From assembly GCA_964430295.1 (NCBI GenBank), contig CAYSEV010000003.1, positions 6,184 to 70,183 of the forward strand: a DNA stretch of 64,000 nt. The letters run 5' to 3'. The notes beneath the pieces are model-generated. The model saw only the letters and a program-made list of their open reading frames with translations, was not told where the DNA came from and made no database searches. The stretch comes from an uncultured Gammaproteobacteria bacterium. GTDB taxonomy: Bacteria > Patescibacteriota > Microgenomatia > UBA10105 > UBA927. A program made the translations under genes and the position numbers. Of the stretch, positions 37,949 to 46,696 are shown piece by piece (position 1 is the first letter of the stretch; every line of letters begins with the position of its first letter).

Positions 37949-38712
37949 ATCCAGTCATCAAAGTTTTTACTTTCTTGTATAAAGATGTAAATACCAAGTG
38001 CAAACATAATGCCAATAACAATACAATTAGAGACAATCATCAGTGGTCCCGGCAACGCCGTACCTACGAATGCATGTTGAAGTAATTGAATTATTGAGGT
38101 GAGCGGATTCAGTCGCCAGAGCCATATATATTTTGATGGCATTTGTGTAAGCGGGTATACAATAGGACTGGCATAAAACCAGACGATCAATAGAGCTGAA
38201 ACAAAAAAATTAATATCCCTATAACGTGTATTGAGTGCAGATGTAAGTAAGCTTATCCCTGATGTAAATATACATAAGAGTACAATGGCAATCACGCTAT
38301 ATGGGAGTGAGTACAGTGTCATTGTTCCAATCGTTATTGTTGAAATAACAAACAACGCTAAGGCAGCAAGAAAATGTATCAAATTAGACATGATGATAGA
38401 GAGTGGTATGACTGCTCTTGGAAATGACGCTTTCTTAATAAGTGATCGTTCGTATACGATTGACGGTGTTGATTTGGATAATGAAAGTGAAAAAAAGTTC
38501 CATACAAGAAGTCCAATAAAAAGAAAATAGTTATAGTTTTTAATTGGTTCTTTGATAAATAATGGGAAAATGAATCCAATTATCAGCATTTGTAACAATG
38601 GATTTGCAACAATCCATACAAAACCGAAAACTGTATTTTTATATCTCGATTGCAATTCTGTTTCCGTTAATCTTGCAAGCAATTCAATAAATAGCTTCGT
38701 ATCTCTATTCAT
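37945..38712 (-). CDS. Polysaccharide/teichoic acid ABC exporter permease (Wzm/TagG)
   Basis: RYKNTVFGFVW..NPL, YRDI, FYASPIVYP, LNPL. Start moved to MNRDTK, which has TATAAT 7 nt upstream. Confidence 0.92.
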   Translation of the reverse strand: MNRDTKLFIELLARLTETELQSRYKNTVFGFVWIVANPLLQMLIIGFIFPLFIKEPIKNYNYFLFIGLLVWNFFSLSLSKSTPSIVYERSLIKKASFPRAVIPLSIIMSNLIHFLAALALFVISTITIGTMTLYSLPYSVIAIVLLCIFTSGISLLTSALNTRYRDINFFVSALLIVWFYASPIVYPLTQMPSKYIWLWRLNPLTSIIQLLQHAFVGTALPGPLMIVSNCIVIGIMFALGIYIFIQESKNFDDWI

Positions 38713-38785
38713 GGGTGTTATTATAGCCTTTATATTTGTTTTAGGTAATCCCTTTAGGAAGGTTATTTCAATACATATAGAATTT

Positions 38786-39634
38786 CTATGAACTATCATC
38801 CTCAAATTTCCCCTTGCATACCTCCAGAAATGCATGATATGCATGCATTAATTTTTTCAACTCATCAGGTACAGAAACAAATTTGAAATTATTTATTTGA
38901 GCGATAGGAATAATATTAGAACTTGTGCTTGTTAAAAATGCGCCATCATAGTCAGAAATCTTGTCGAGAGGGATTGTTTGTTCTGACGTTTCAAAACCAT
39001 GCTTTTTTGCTATAAACAATACTGTTTGCCTTGTAACTCCCTCGAGCACATATTTTGCCGGTGGCGTCAATATTTTATTATTTTTTAATGCAAAAAAATT
39101 TGTCCTCGATCCCTCCAGAATACTATCATTTGAATCTGTAAAAAGCACGTCATAATCTCCCCTCTTTCTAGCTGCTGTAAAGTACAAATAGCTTTGAAGC
39201 ATATTCAGAGACTTTGCATTAGGGAGAAATCGTGTATATCTGACTGTATTTACGGATGCTCCATTGGTATACAATTTCCTATCCGGAAACAATGGCGCTA
39301 ACGGCAAAATATATATATTTGCGCTGTTATGCTTAACGTCTCCTATAAGTAAAATTTTAATATTAAAACTGGGCTGACAAGAGATTGTCTTTTCAATAAG
39401 AGAGCGTAGGAATGCTGAGATATCTTCCTGAGTGAACGTATGCGTTAATCCGAGAATTTCAGTTGATTTGAATAATCTTTGTATATGTTGTTCTTCAAAA
39501 TATATAATACCGTTACGCACTTTTAGTGTCTCGTATACTCCAAATCCATATTGATATTCAATACTATCGATTGGAATAGTAGCATTCGCTATAGGTTCTA
39601 GCTGTCCATTTTTTGAAAAATATGGAAATATCAT
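38786..39634 (-). CDS. PLP fold-type IV aminotransferase (BCAT/D-amino-acid aminotransferase/ADC lyase family)
   Basis: YGFGVYETL, HIQRL, AKSLN, LEGSRTN, LEGVTR, FLTSTS. Confidence 0.9.
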   Translation of the reverse strand: MIFPYFSKNGQLEPIANATIPIDSIEYQYGFGVYETLKVRNGIIYFEEQHIQRLFKSTEILGLTHTFTQEDISAFLRSLIEKTISCQPSFNIKILLIGDVKHNSANIYILPLAPLFPDRKLYTNGASVNTVRYTRFLPNAKSLNMLQSYLYFTAARKRGDYDVLFTDSNDSILEGSRTNFFALKNNKILTPPAKYVLEGVTRQTVLFIAKKHGFETSEQTIPLDKISDYDGAFLTSTSSNIIPIAQINNFKFVSVPDELKKLMHAYHAFLEVCKGKFEDDSS

Positions 39635-39723
39635 AATATATACGATTAAAGTGTTCTATTAATACACGGTTGTTTTATGCATCTGCCTCGAAGATTGTAA
39701 TACATAATGATAATATACGATAT

Positions 39724-40335
39724 ATGTCTTTTATATACGGCGTAAGTATTCTCGCGTTGATTATATTATCACTTCCCCTTCTCATTTTAATTGTAATTCT
39801 TGGTTTTATATTCAATGGAAAGCCTATATTGTTTAAACAATTGAGAGTTGGGAAGGATGGCAATATATTTACAATTTACAAATTTAGAACAATGGTAAAC
39901 GATAGTGAAAAACAAAAAATGGATCTCATACGGTATAACGAAGCTGATGGACCCGTATTCAAAATTAAGAATGATCCACGTTATACACAAATCGGAAAAT
40001 TTTTAGCACATACTGGATTAGACGAATTACCACAACTTTGGAATGTTTTAAAAGGTGATATGGCTCTTATAGGCCCACGTCCGCTACCGGTAGATGAAGC
40101 AAAACGGCTTAAACCCTGGCAAAAAAAACGCCTTGGTATTAAACCCGGTATTATTTCCCCATGGATATTGCAGGGATATCACACGATGAGTTTTGATGCG
40201 TGGATGAGAAGTGATATTGCATACACCTCTGAGAAGTCATTTCTTTATGATGTTCGGTTGGCAATATCCGTTATATATTTGCTTCTCCGATTATTTATAA
40301 AAGAAATTTTCACATTGTATAGAAAACGTATATAG
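39724..40335 (+). CDS. Priming phosphoglycosyl transferase (bacterial sugar transferase, WcaJ/PglC-like)
   Basis: FKQLRVGKDG..FTIYKFRTM, DPRYT, LDELPQLWNVLKGDMALIGPRP, KPGI. ATG 39724 is preferred over TTG 39670. Confidence 0.93.
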   Translation: MSFIYGVSILALIILSLPLLILIVILGFIFNGKPILFKQLRVGKDGNIFTIYKFRTMVNDSEKQKMDLIRYNEADGPVFKIKNDPRYTQIGKFLAHTGLDELPQLWNVLKGDMALIGPRPLPVDEAKRLKPWQKKRLGIKPGIISPWILQGYHTMSFDAWMRSDIAYTSEKSFLYDVRLAISVIYLLLRLFIKEIFTLYRKRI

Positions 40336-40485
40336 TCTAGGCTTGAAGAGCAACTTGTCTTCCATATAATATAGTATTTACACCACAACTCAATTTGTTG
40401 TTGTGTAGATTACAACGTTATTATATATAATTTGGATTGTCCTATCAGCCTAAATGAATTCTAAATAGTAATTCGTTAGAAAATA

Positions 40486-40514
40486 TTGACAAATCGGAAG
40501 GTAATTGATACTAT
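40486..40514 (+). promoter_or_regulatory. Sigma70-type promoter
   Basis: TTGACA 40486-40491, 17 bp spacer, extended -10 TG-a-TACTAT 40506-40514; ATG follows at 40524. Confidence 0.75.
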
Positions 40515-40523
40515 AGGTTTAAT

Positions 40524-43304
40524 ATGACTAATGTTGAAGCGTTAGAGCTTTCGGGAAAACAGTCGTCAAATGAAGAGATATTACAGCACCTCCATGATTT
40601 TGGTGTAACACTTTCTTCCGATAGAGACATACTTGCAGCCCAATTATCTGTTGCCTTCGATGCTATTCCACAAGGAGAATTATCTGAGATGGCGGTCCTT
40701 AATTGGGAAAAACAAGATGAACGATTTAGTCAGCTGTTGGCCTCAATTTCACCGGATGATCAGAAAATACGTGATGTCTGTGCCAGAACACCACACGCCG
40801 GTCCTCTTGGCAATATCTTGAGAACTCTTGAAAATCCTCTCCATGCTTCACCATCAAATAAAAAAAATGCTGAGCTATTGCTGGAAGAAGCACGCCTCCT
40901 GTCGGTGTTAAACGGTACTCATAAGAGTATGGATGATTATATCTCTCAGGGAACTCGCGTAGTAACTATCAAAGCACAGCTAAATGATGTCAGAAAGGCA
41001 CATGAGCTTATCACAACAAGAAATGGATATAAGCTGACAACACAAGAAGCAATAGCAGAGGCACGAGCCGTTCGTGAAAACCCTCTTTTGCCAGCTGCAC
41101 GATTTGTGAAGAAAGAATATAGAAAAGCGACTGATGGTGTCACGGGTGTTATATACGAACACCGCACGAAAGTAGAGTTAAGCCGTAAGAAAAAAGAAGC
41201 CAGCAGAGCTCGCATGCGTGAATATTCTCAATACGTTGACGCATTGGCTGCCAACATGCGATTTGATAAAGGAGAAAAGACTGCAGAACGACTCCTTGAT
41301 GCAAGTTCATTTGATTTGCCTTCATGGGTGAAACATGTCCAACTTGATCAATCTGTCGGACCTATACGATCCGATATATCAACACGAATAGGACATGTTC
41401 TGACACTTTCGTCAACTGCAAAACTTCCTTCTGATATTGATAAGGCGCGTACACCAGCTGAAGCATTGCAGATGCTTGCAATTTCACAAGCAAAGGTTTT
41501 GTTTCTGGAAAAAAATGCTCCAGACTATGTCACGATGCCTGGGTTCGCTGCGAAGCGAAATATATGGTTTTTTGAGCGTGAAGCTAAGAGAATTTTGGAC
41601 CAAGGTCTCGATAAACGAAGAAGTACGGCTTGGTTGAAAACTGCTGAGTTAACTGTTGCGTTTAGCGTTATTGCCACAGCATGCGCTCCAAAAACATCAC
41701 CAACAATTGTTGTTGAAAGGACACCTCCTGCCGGTTTAACGGCAGAGCCTCCTTCATCTGGTACACCCAAAACAGAAGCACCACAAGTTACCTCTCCTGA
41801 GGTAACTGTAATTAAATCTGAGTCCGGCTTGAACAAAACAAAAGTACTGACCACTTTAAATTCAGAGTCGTATAAAAAGCTTACGGCAGAAGACAAGAAG
41901 GCAGCACCAAATCTCGTACAGTTATTTGATGCACTGAAGGCTAAATTTGCCGAGGAAAAAACATCAATGAGTCCTGAAGATATTCAGGTCTTGTACCTGA
42001 GAATTTTTCAGGCAAAAACTGACAAGAATGAAGCGTTTGATTGGGAGGTTGCGATTGTTCCGCTCGAGAGTCCCGAAGGGACAAAACCCGGATTTCAATA
42101 CGCAAAAGTTGCATTTATCGACGCGGATGGAAATGTTGTCACACACAATGTGGTTATAAATGACAATGAACTCATAGACAAACAAACCGCCGAAGCAACT
42201 GCAACAGCAGATGTGACTGAATTTGCTACAGCACCCGCACCAAAGCCTGCGACACAAAAAGATACGTTTACAGCTCAGACTATGCGTGTTGTGGATGGTC
42301 CACATAAAGGACAACTGTTATTTGCCGTTACTACACTTGAGGATGGGACGTTGTTGTATCTCTATCTGGACCCAACTGATGTGACCAAAACGCTTACACT
42401 GGAAAGTAAACAACAAAGCAAACTGGCCGAGGTTTGGGAGTCGTTAGGTGTTACAACAGCGGAAGCAGCAGGAATAATTGAAAAGCCTGCCTTAGTATTG
42501 CCTGATAAAAAAACAGAGTTAGGATATACGAAAGACATGATGGGAAATTATGTAAAAGTGGAAAATGGATTCACATACATATGGGATGAAGAACGTGAGG
42601 CGGGATATAGGCAATATTTCAGTGGGTATATACTAGACTTTCGTCCAGAAATCAATTTGCCTGATTCTAAGGGTAAAAACACGTGGAATGATGGTTTTTT
42701 GACGGAAGCATATGTCGATGGTGCATTTCTTGGTGAACAGGAATTGCCTTCTGCTATTCGTCCAGAAAATTTAGATCCTACAGGGAAAATAAATGTCACA
42801 GATTTCTTCCAAACTTTAATGATGCAACATATGGTGGATAGAGGAATAATAAAAAGTGTTTCTGATTTTGAAACTGCAAAATTTTGGTTGACACACGATT
42901 ATCATATTGATTTTACGACAGGGAATGGAGCTGAAAAACAAAGCTTTGGTATTTGGGATGGCAGCAAGATAATTGTTCACATTCGCGCAGACGCTGAGGA
43001 ATTAAAAGCAAATATGGAAACCAATGGGTTTTCTGAAGCCAAGTCGTATACAGTATATGGTGAGGAAAATAGCTATATGGTTAAGTTGTGGACGAAAAAC
43101 GGTAATTTATATGTAGATATCGCGCCAACACTGCCGGCATCAAAGTGGACCAATATGCAAATTACAGAGATGATTATGTTTTGGGTTGCCGTATTTGATC
43201 AGGGACCAGATTTGAGCGCTCCGCAGTCTGGAGAAATGCTCAACAAAATCGTGTTAAATAACAAAGGGCAATTGACGCTAATAGAGTTTACTCCAAGGAA
43301 ATAA
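40524..43304 (+). CDS. Large hypothetical protein with an internal hydrophobic/lipobox-like segment
   Basis: 926 aa ORF with a consensus promoter; KRR..LTVAFSVIATAC at Cys387, followed by a Pro/Thr linker. Confidence 0.75.
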   Translation: MTNVEALELSGKQSSNEEILQHLHDFGVTLSSDRDILAAQLSVAFDAIPQGELSEMAVLNWEKQDERFSQLLASISPDDQKIRDVCARTPHAGPLGNILRTLENPLHASPSNKKNAELLLEEARLLSVLNGTHKSMDDYISQGTRVVTIKAQLNDVRKAHELITTRNGYKLTTQEAIAEARAVRENPLLPAARFVKKEYRKATDGVTGVIYEHRTKVELSRKKKEASRARMREYSQYVDALAANMRFDKGEKTAERLLDASSFDLPSWVKHVQLDQSVGPIRSDISTRIGHVLTLSSTAKLPSDIDKARTPAEALQMLAISQAKVLFLEKNAPDYVTMPGFAAKRNIWFFEREAKRILDQGLDKRRSTAWLKTAELTVAFSVIATACAPKTSPTIVVERTPPAGLTAEPPSSGTPKTEAPQVTSPEVTVIKSESGLNKTKVLTTLNSESYKKLTAEDKKAAPNLVQLFDALKAKFAEEKTSMSPEDIQVLYLRIFQAKTDKNEAFDWEVAIVPLESPEGTKPGFQYAKVAFIDADGNVVTHNVVINDNELIDKQTAEATATADVTEFATAPAPKPATQKDTFTAQTMRVVDGPHKGQLLFAVTTLEDGTLLYLYLDPTDVTKTLTLESKQQSKLAEVWESLGVTTAEAAGIIEKPALVLPDKKTELGYTKDMMGNYVKVENGFTYIWDEEREAGYRQYFSGYILDFRPEINLPDSKGKNTWNDGFLTEAYVDGAFLGEQELPSAIRPENLDPTGKINVTDFFQTLMMQHMVDRGIIKSVSDFETAKFWLTHDYHIDFTTGNGAEKQSFGIWDGSKIIVHIRADAEELKANMETNGFSEAKSYTVYGEENSYMVKLWTKNGNLYVDIAPTLPASKWTNMQITEMIMFWVAVFDQGPDLSAPQSGEMLNKIVLNNKGQLTLIEFTPRK

Positions 43305-43353
43305 CGTCTCTCCTCTACTTGTAATTTCTTGTTTTTTCTACTACGCTTGAGGT

Positions 43354-43995
43354 ATGGCGTTTCGGAAAATTTGGATAGTATTGATACTTGTAACAATCAT
43401 AGCAGTACCCCTTATTTTTGCCTTCATTGTACCGCATATGGATGATTTGGTGCACACGGCCTCAATGCTTAAGGCATCTAAACGAAGAGTGGGATCAAAC
43501 TACAAGATTGTAAACACGATCCCGAACTATACCATTGAGCTAAAGGATACAGCGTATTTGGACTATATAACAGGACAATTGACTATTTTTTCACCTAATG
43601 GCGTTATTGATGTGGCAGCTAATTCAGGTCACCGTGAGGTTAAAAAGCGATATACGGTAACAGATCTTCGCATTGAATTCGTATCTAAACTGGATAGATA
43701 TATATTAGGATTGTCAGGAAATGAGACCTTTTCAAGTTGGGGTACATATGCTGTAGAAGGAAATGTGTTGGTGGTAAAAATTGCACTGAATTTTAATGAT
43801 AGTATGTTATCTTCTTCACCGACTGCCCCTGAAGAGGTCTTTCTTGACACCTTGTATCAGACGCTATATTTTGCCCATGGTGTCACATACGGAGTTGATT
43901 TTACTGAGGGATTTGAAAAAAACAAAAAAGACATGCTTAATTTTTTACGCACGGGTATATTTGCCTGGCCGGTTAAAATCTCAAGGAACTCATGA
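43354..43995 (+). CDS. Membrane-anchored hypothetical protein
   Basis: 213 aa with an N-terminal TM helix; ATGA overlap with the next gene. Confidence 0.7.
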   Translation: MAFRKIWIVLILVTIIAVPLIFAFIVPHMDDLVHTASMLKASKRRVGSNYKIVNTIPNYTIELKDTAYLDYITGQLTIFSPNGVIDVAANSGHREVKKRYTVTDLRIEFVSKLDRYILGLSGNETFSSWGTYAVEGNVLVVKIALNFNDSMLSSSPTAPEEVFLDTLYQTLYFAHGVTYGVDFTEGFEKNKKDMLNFLRTGIFAWPVKISRNS

Positions 43996-45710
43996 AATAC
44001 GTTTTCTATAAAATTTTTATACTGTTTTTTGCTTTATTTTTGTACGTAAATAGTACTGTCCCCGTATATGCTAATGGGATTTGCAGCGGGCCTCCATATG
44101 ATTCTGCATGCGTCATGCAAAATGTTCCATATTTGCAAGATGTATATCAAGATCAGGGAGTGCCACCGTACGTAGTTCGCGTCTTAGTTGGAAGAATATG
44201 GGTAAATAGAACAGTATGTACAATCCCTCAATCAGGTGGCGGATCATGTCAATGTTGCACTGATGCGGGTGGATGTTATCTGGATTGTCCCGGAACTAAT
44301 AATAATAATAATAATAACGGCACGCCTGAGCCAACATTGCCTCCGGGGCGCACTCCAACGCCAACCAACACGCCTGCCCCAACTCCCGCATGTCAAAAAA
44401 TGTATTATTGTAATACAAGTACCTATACGTGCAGTCAAACAGGATCACAATACGATACGACGATCCCGTACCCGCTCTGTGGAAGTGCCTCCCCTACCTG
44501 TGCAGCCAATCTTGCTACATATTTACCGGGACAAACAACGGGTACCTGTTTTGACTCATTGGCTGCATGTCAATTTAGCTGCGTTGCGCCTCCGGGTACC
44601 GTGCGGATGCGTGCTGTGGTGGTCCCTTCTGGTACAAACACATGTGCAGCTGTGACATCAAGTACAAGCTATGCATCTGTAGATGTGTCCCTTTTCCCTG
44701 ACGGCACGACGAAAACAACAGCATCTGATGGAACTTATACAAGCGCAAGATGGACGAATTCAGATCCGGGTACAAAATCGTTTATCGATACACCTCCTGC
44801 AGATTATGTTCTTGCACTTGCCTGTTACAACACAACATCGCAGCCTGCATACTCGTCGGGATATACGGCTACACTTCCATCTGCTGAAACGCTCACCTGG
44901 CAACTTGGGTACACGGCTGGAGTCGGGTGGTTCCAGGCTCAGGGCGGAGACGTATATGCCGCTACTCAACTTCGATCATACATACCATCATCTGCCGTTG
45001 GCGGAAGATATTTTGATAAAGATGGCAATACCGGAGGTACTCCGGGTATTGTGACATTTGGCACAAGTGCGGATTTTGATAATACATCAGGGACAGGATA
45101 CGGATACGTATCAACAAAAAATTGGCTGGTCAAAGAAACCCAATCCGCAACAGATTATTATGCAGTCATGTATCATAGGTTTGGTTCCCCTACAACGGCA
45201 GATTATCCGGGTGGCACAACATTTACATCCAAGCCTGCATCGAGGACTGAACCGTACTATGTAAATGGTGATCTGATCGTTGATACAAATCAATGGAGCG
45301 TTGGAAATGGAGAAACAATCACTGTTCTGGTAAACGGGAGTCTGACAATAAATAAAAAAATTAACATAACAGGAACGGGATTTGTCGCTTTTATCGTAAA
45401 CGGAGATATTACTATAGGTTCAGGTGTCGGTACAACTTCAACCTCTTCAACACCTGTTCTGGAGGGAATCTATATTACCTCACCCTCAGGAACATTTAGG
45501 ACAGGAAGTTCTACGAGTGCAGCAGCACGACGGTTTGTAGGCAAAGGAACATTCGTGGCAGGAACATTTGCGCTTGAGCGTGACTTAGATGCCGATGGAC
45601 ATAATATTGATTATGCTGCAGATTTGTTTATTTATAATCCGGAACTCATGCTTCGAATGCCGGATAAAATGAAAGATTTGCCGGTAAGCTGGCAAGAAGT
45701 AGCGCCGTAA
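43992..45710 (+). CDS. Secreted Cys-rich surface protein with Pro/Thr linker and beta-rich C-terminal domain
   Basis: Signal peptide (..VYA), many Cys, N7 run, PTPTNTPAPTP linker, repeated VNGDL/VNGSL/VNGDI, C-terminal WQEVAP. Confidence 0.75.
   Translation: MKYVFYKIFILFFALFLYVNSTVPVYANGICSGPPYDSACVMQNVPYLQDVYQDQGVPPYVVRVLVGRIWVNRTVCTIPQSGGGSCQCCTDAGGCYLDCPGTNNNNNNNGTPEPTLPPGRTPTPTNTPAPTPACQKMYYCNTSTYTCSQTGSQYDTTIPYPLCGSASPTCAANLATYLPGQTTGTCFDSLAACQFSCVAPPGTVRMRAVVVPSGTNTCAAVTSSTSYASVDVSLFPDGTTKTTASDGTYTSARWTNSDPGTKSFIDTPPADYVLALACYNTTSQPAYSSGYTATLPSAETLTWQLGYTAGVGWFQAQGGDVYAATQLRSYIPSSAVGGRYFDKDGNTGGTPGIVTFGTSADFDNTSGTGYGYVSTKNWLVKETQSATDYYAVMYHRFGSPTTADYPGGTTFTSKPASRTEPYYVNGDLIVDTNQWSVGNGETITVLVNGSLTINKKINITGTGFVAFIVNGDITIGSGVGTTSTSSTPVLEGIYITSPSGTFRTGSSTSAAARRFVGKGTFVAGTFALERDLDADGHNIDYAADLFIYNPELMLRMPDKMKDLPVSWQEVAP
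44298..44318 (+). repeat. (AAT)6-AAC trinucleotide tract encoding Asn7
   Basis: Read directly from the sequence. Confidence 0.9.
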
Positions 45711-45742
45711 TACGTGAAGTTCTGGCTGCAATGCCTGTTGTA

Positions 45743-45751
45743 TGATATAAT
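45743..45751 (+). promoter_or_regulatory. Extended -10 promoter of rpmH (probably leaderless)
   Basis: TG-a-TATAAT ending 6 nt before ATG 45758. Confidence 0.7.
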
Positions 45752-45757
45752 TCTTAT

Positions 45758-45895
45758 ATGGTTAAACGAACATATCAGCCAAAAAAAGGAAAGCGCGTGC
45801 GAACTCATGGGTTTCGCGAGCGAATGAAAACGGCAGGCGGACGCAAAGTCTTGAAACGACGACGATCTATAGGTCGAGCGAAGTTGACTGTGTAA
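45758..45895 (+). CDS. rpmH: 50S ribosomal protein L34 (absent from the supplied ORF track)
   Basis: Manual translation [45 protein letters not shown]; directly upstream of rnpA. Confidence 0.98.
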   Translation: MVKRTYQPKKGKRVRTHGFRERMKTAGGRKVLKRRRSIGRAKLTV

Positions 45896-45957
45896 TAATC
45901 AATACACGATTAGCAGATATATTGTACGCTTCTCGTATTGTCGGTTATTAGTTTATT

Positions 45958-46320
45958 ATGCTTCCCCATAAATATCGGCTTCCCCCATACTCTATTCGTG
46001 ATGTTATGCGCCGCGGTCGACGTATAGTCCGAAATGGAATAACTATGCTTTTTTTGCACCGAACAACTCACCTACCTCAAGAGCAAATTTTGCAGTTTCG
46101 AGTTGCTGTTATTACCTCTGCCAACATTGATACGCGAGCGGTTATCCGAAACAGAATGCGACGGGTTATGCATGAATCTATCGCACATATACTGCCGAAC
46201 ATATCCAATACGACTGATTGTGTTGTCATCGGATCAAAGAGTCTCATAGGGTTATCTCAATCTGAGGTTGAAATTCGGCTGGATGATATTTTTAGGTATG
46301 CCGGACTCACACACAAATAA
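45958..46320 (+). CDS. rnpA: Ribonuclease P protein component
   Basis: [14 protein letters not shown] (RNR motif); conserved synteny. Confidence 0.92.
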   Translation: MLPHKYRLPPYSIRDVMRRGRRIVRNGITMLFLHRTTHLPQEQILQFRVAVITSANIDTRAVIRNRMRRVMHESIAHILPNISNTTDCVVIGSKSLIGLSQSEVEIRLDDIFRYAGLTHK

Positions 46321-46328
46321 CACGTACT

Positions 46329-46646
46329 ATGAAAAAGCTTCATAATACTCCAGCTATAAAACGGATTTCGTATGCACGGGTTGTCCCATTGTTTATCATT
46401 CGATTTTATCAGCGATTTCTGTCTTTTGACACGGGATACGTCGGAAGGCTTATTCCAATAGGTAAAACATGTCGCTTTACGCCAACGTGTAGTGAGTATA
46501 CATATCAGGCTATTGAACGCTATGGTATACTATACGGATCTCGGTTAGGTATACAACGAATACTTCGTTGTCATCCTTGGAATCCCGGAGGATGGGATCC
46601 CGTACCGGAAAATAATCCAATAACTAATAAACGAATAATCCAATAG
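46329..46646 (+). CDS. yidD: Membrane protein insertion efficiency factor
   Basis: [27 protein letters not shown]. Confidence 0.96.
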   Translation: MKKLHNTPAIKRISYARVVPLFIIRFYQRFLSFDTGYVGRLIPIGKTCRFTPTCSEYTYQAIERYGILYGSRLGIQRILRCHPWNPGGWDPVPENNPITNKRIIQ

Positions 46647-46696
46647 ATGGTTTGGAATACTCTGGTATTAGATTGTTGGGGTATTGAAATAGATAT

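Noticed and set aside
3859-45742. Prophage, ICE or integrative element as the source of the insert
   Set aside because: No integrase, transposase, relaxase, phage structural gene, tRNA target or att-like repeat was seen.
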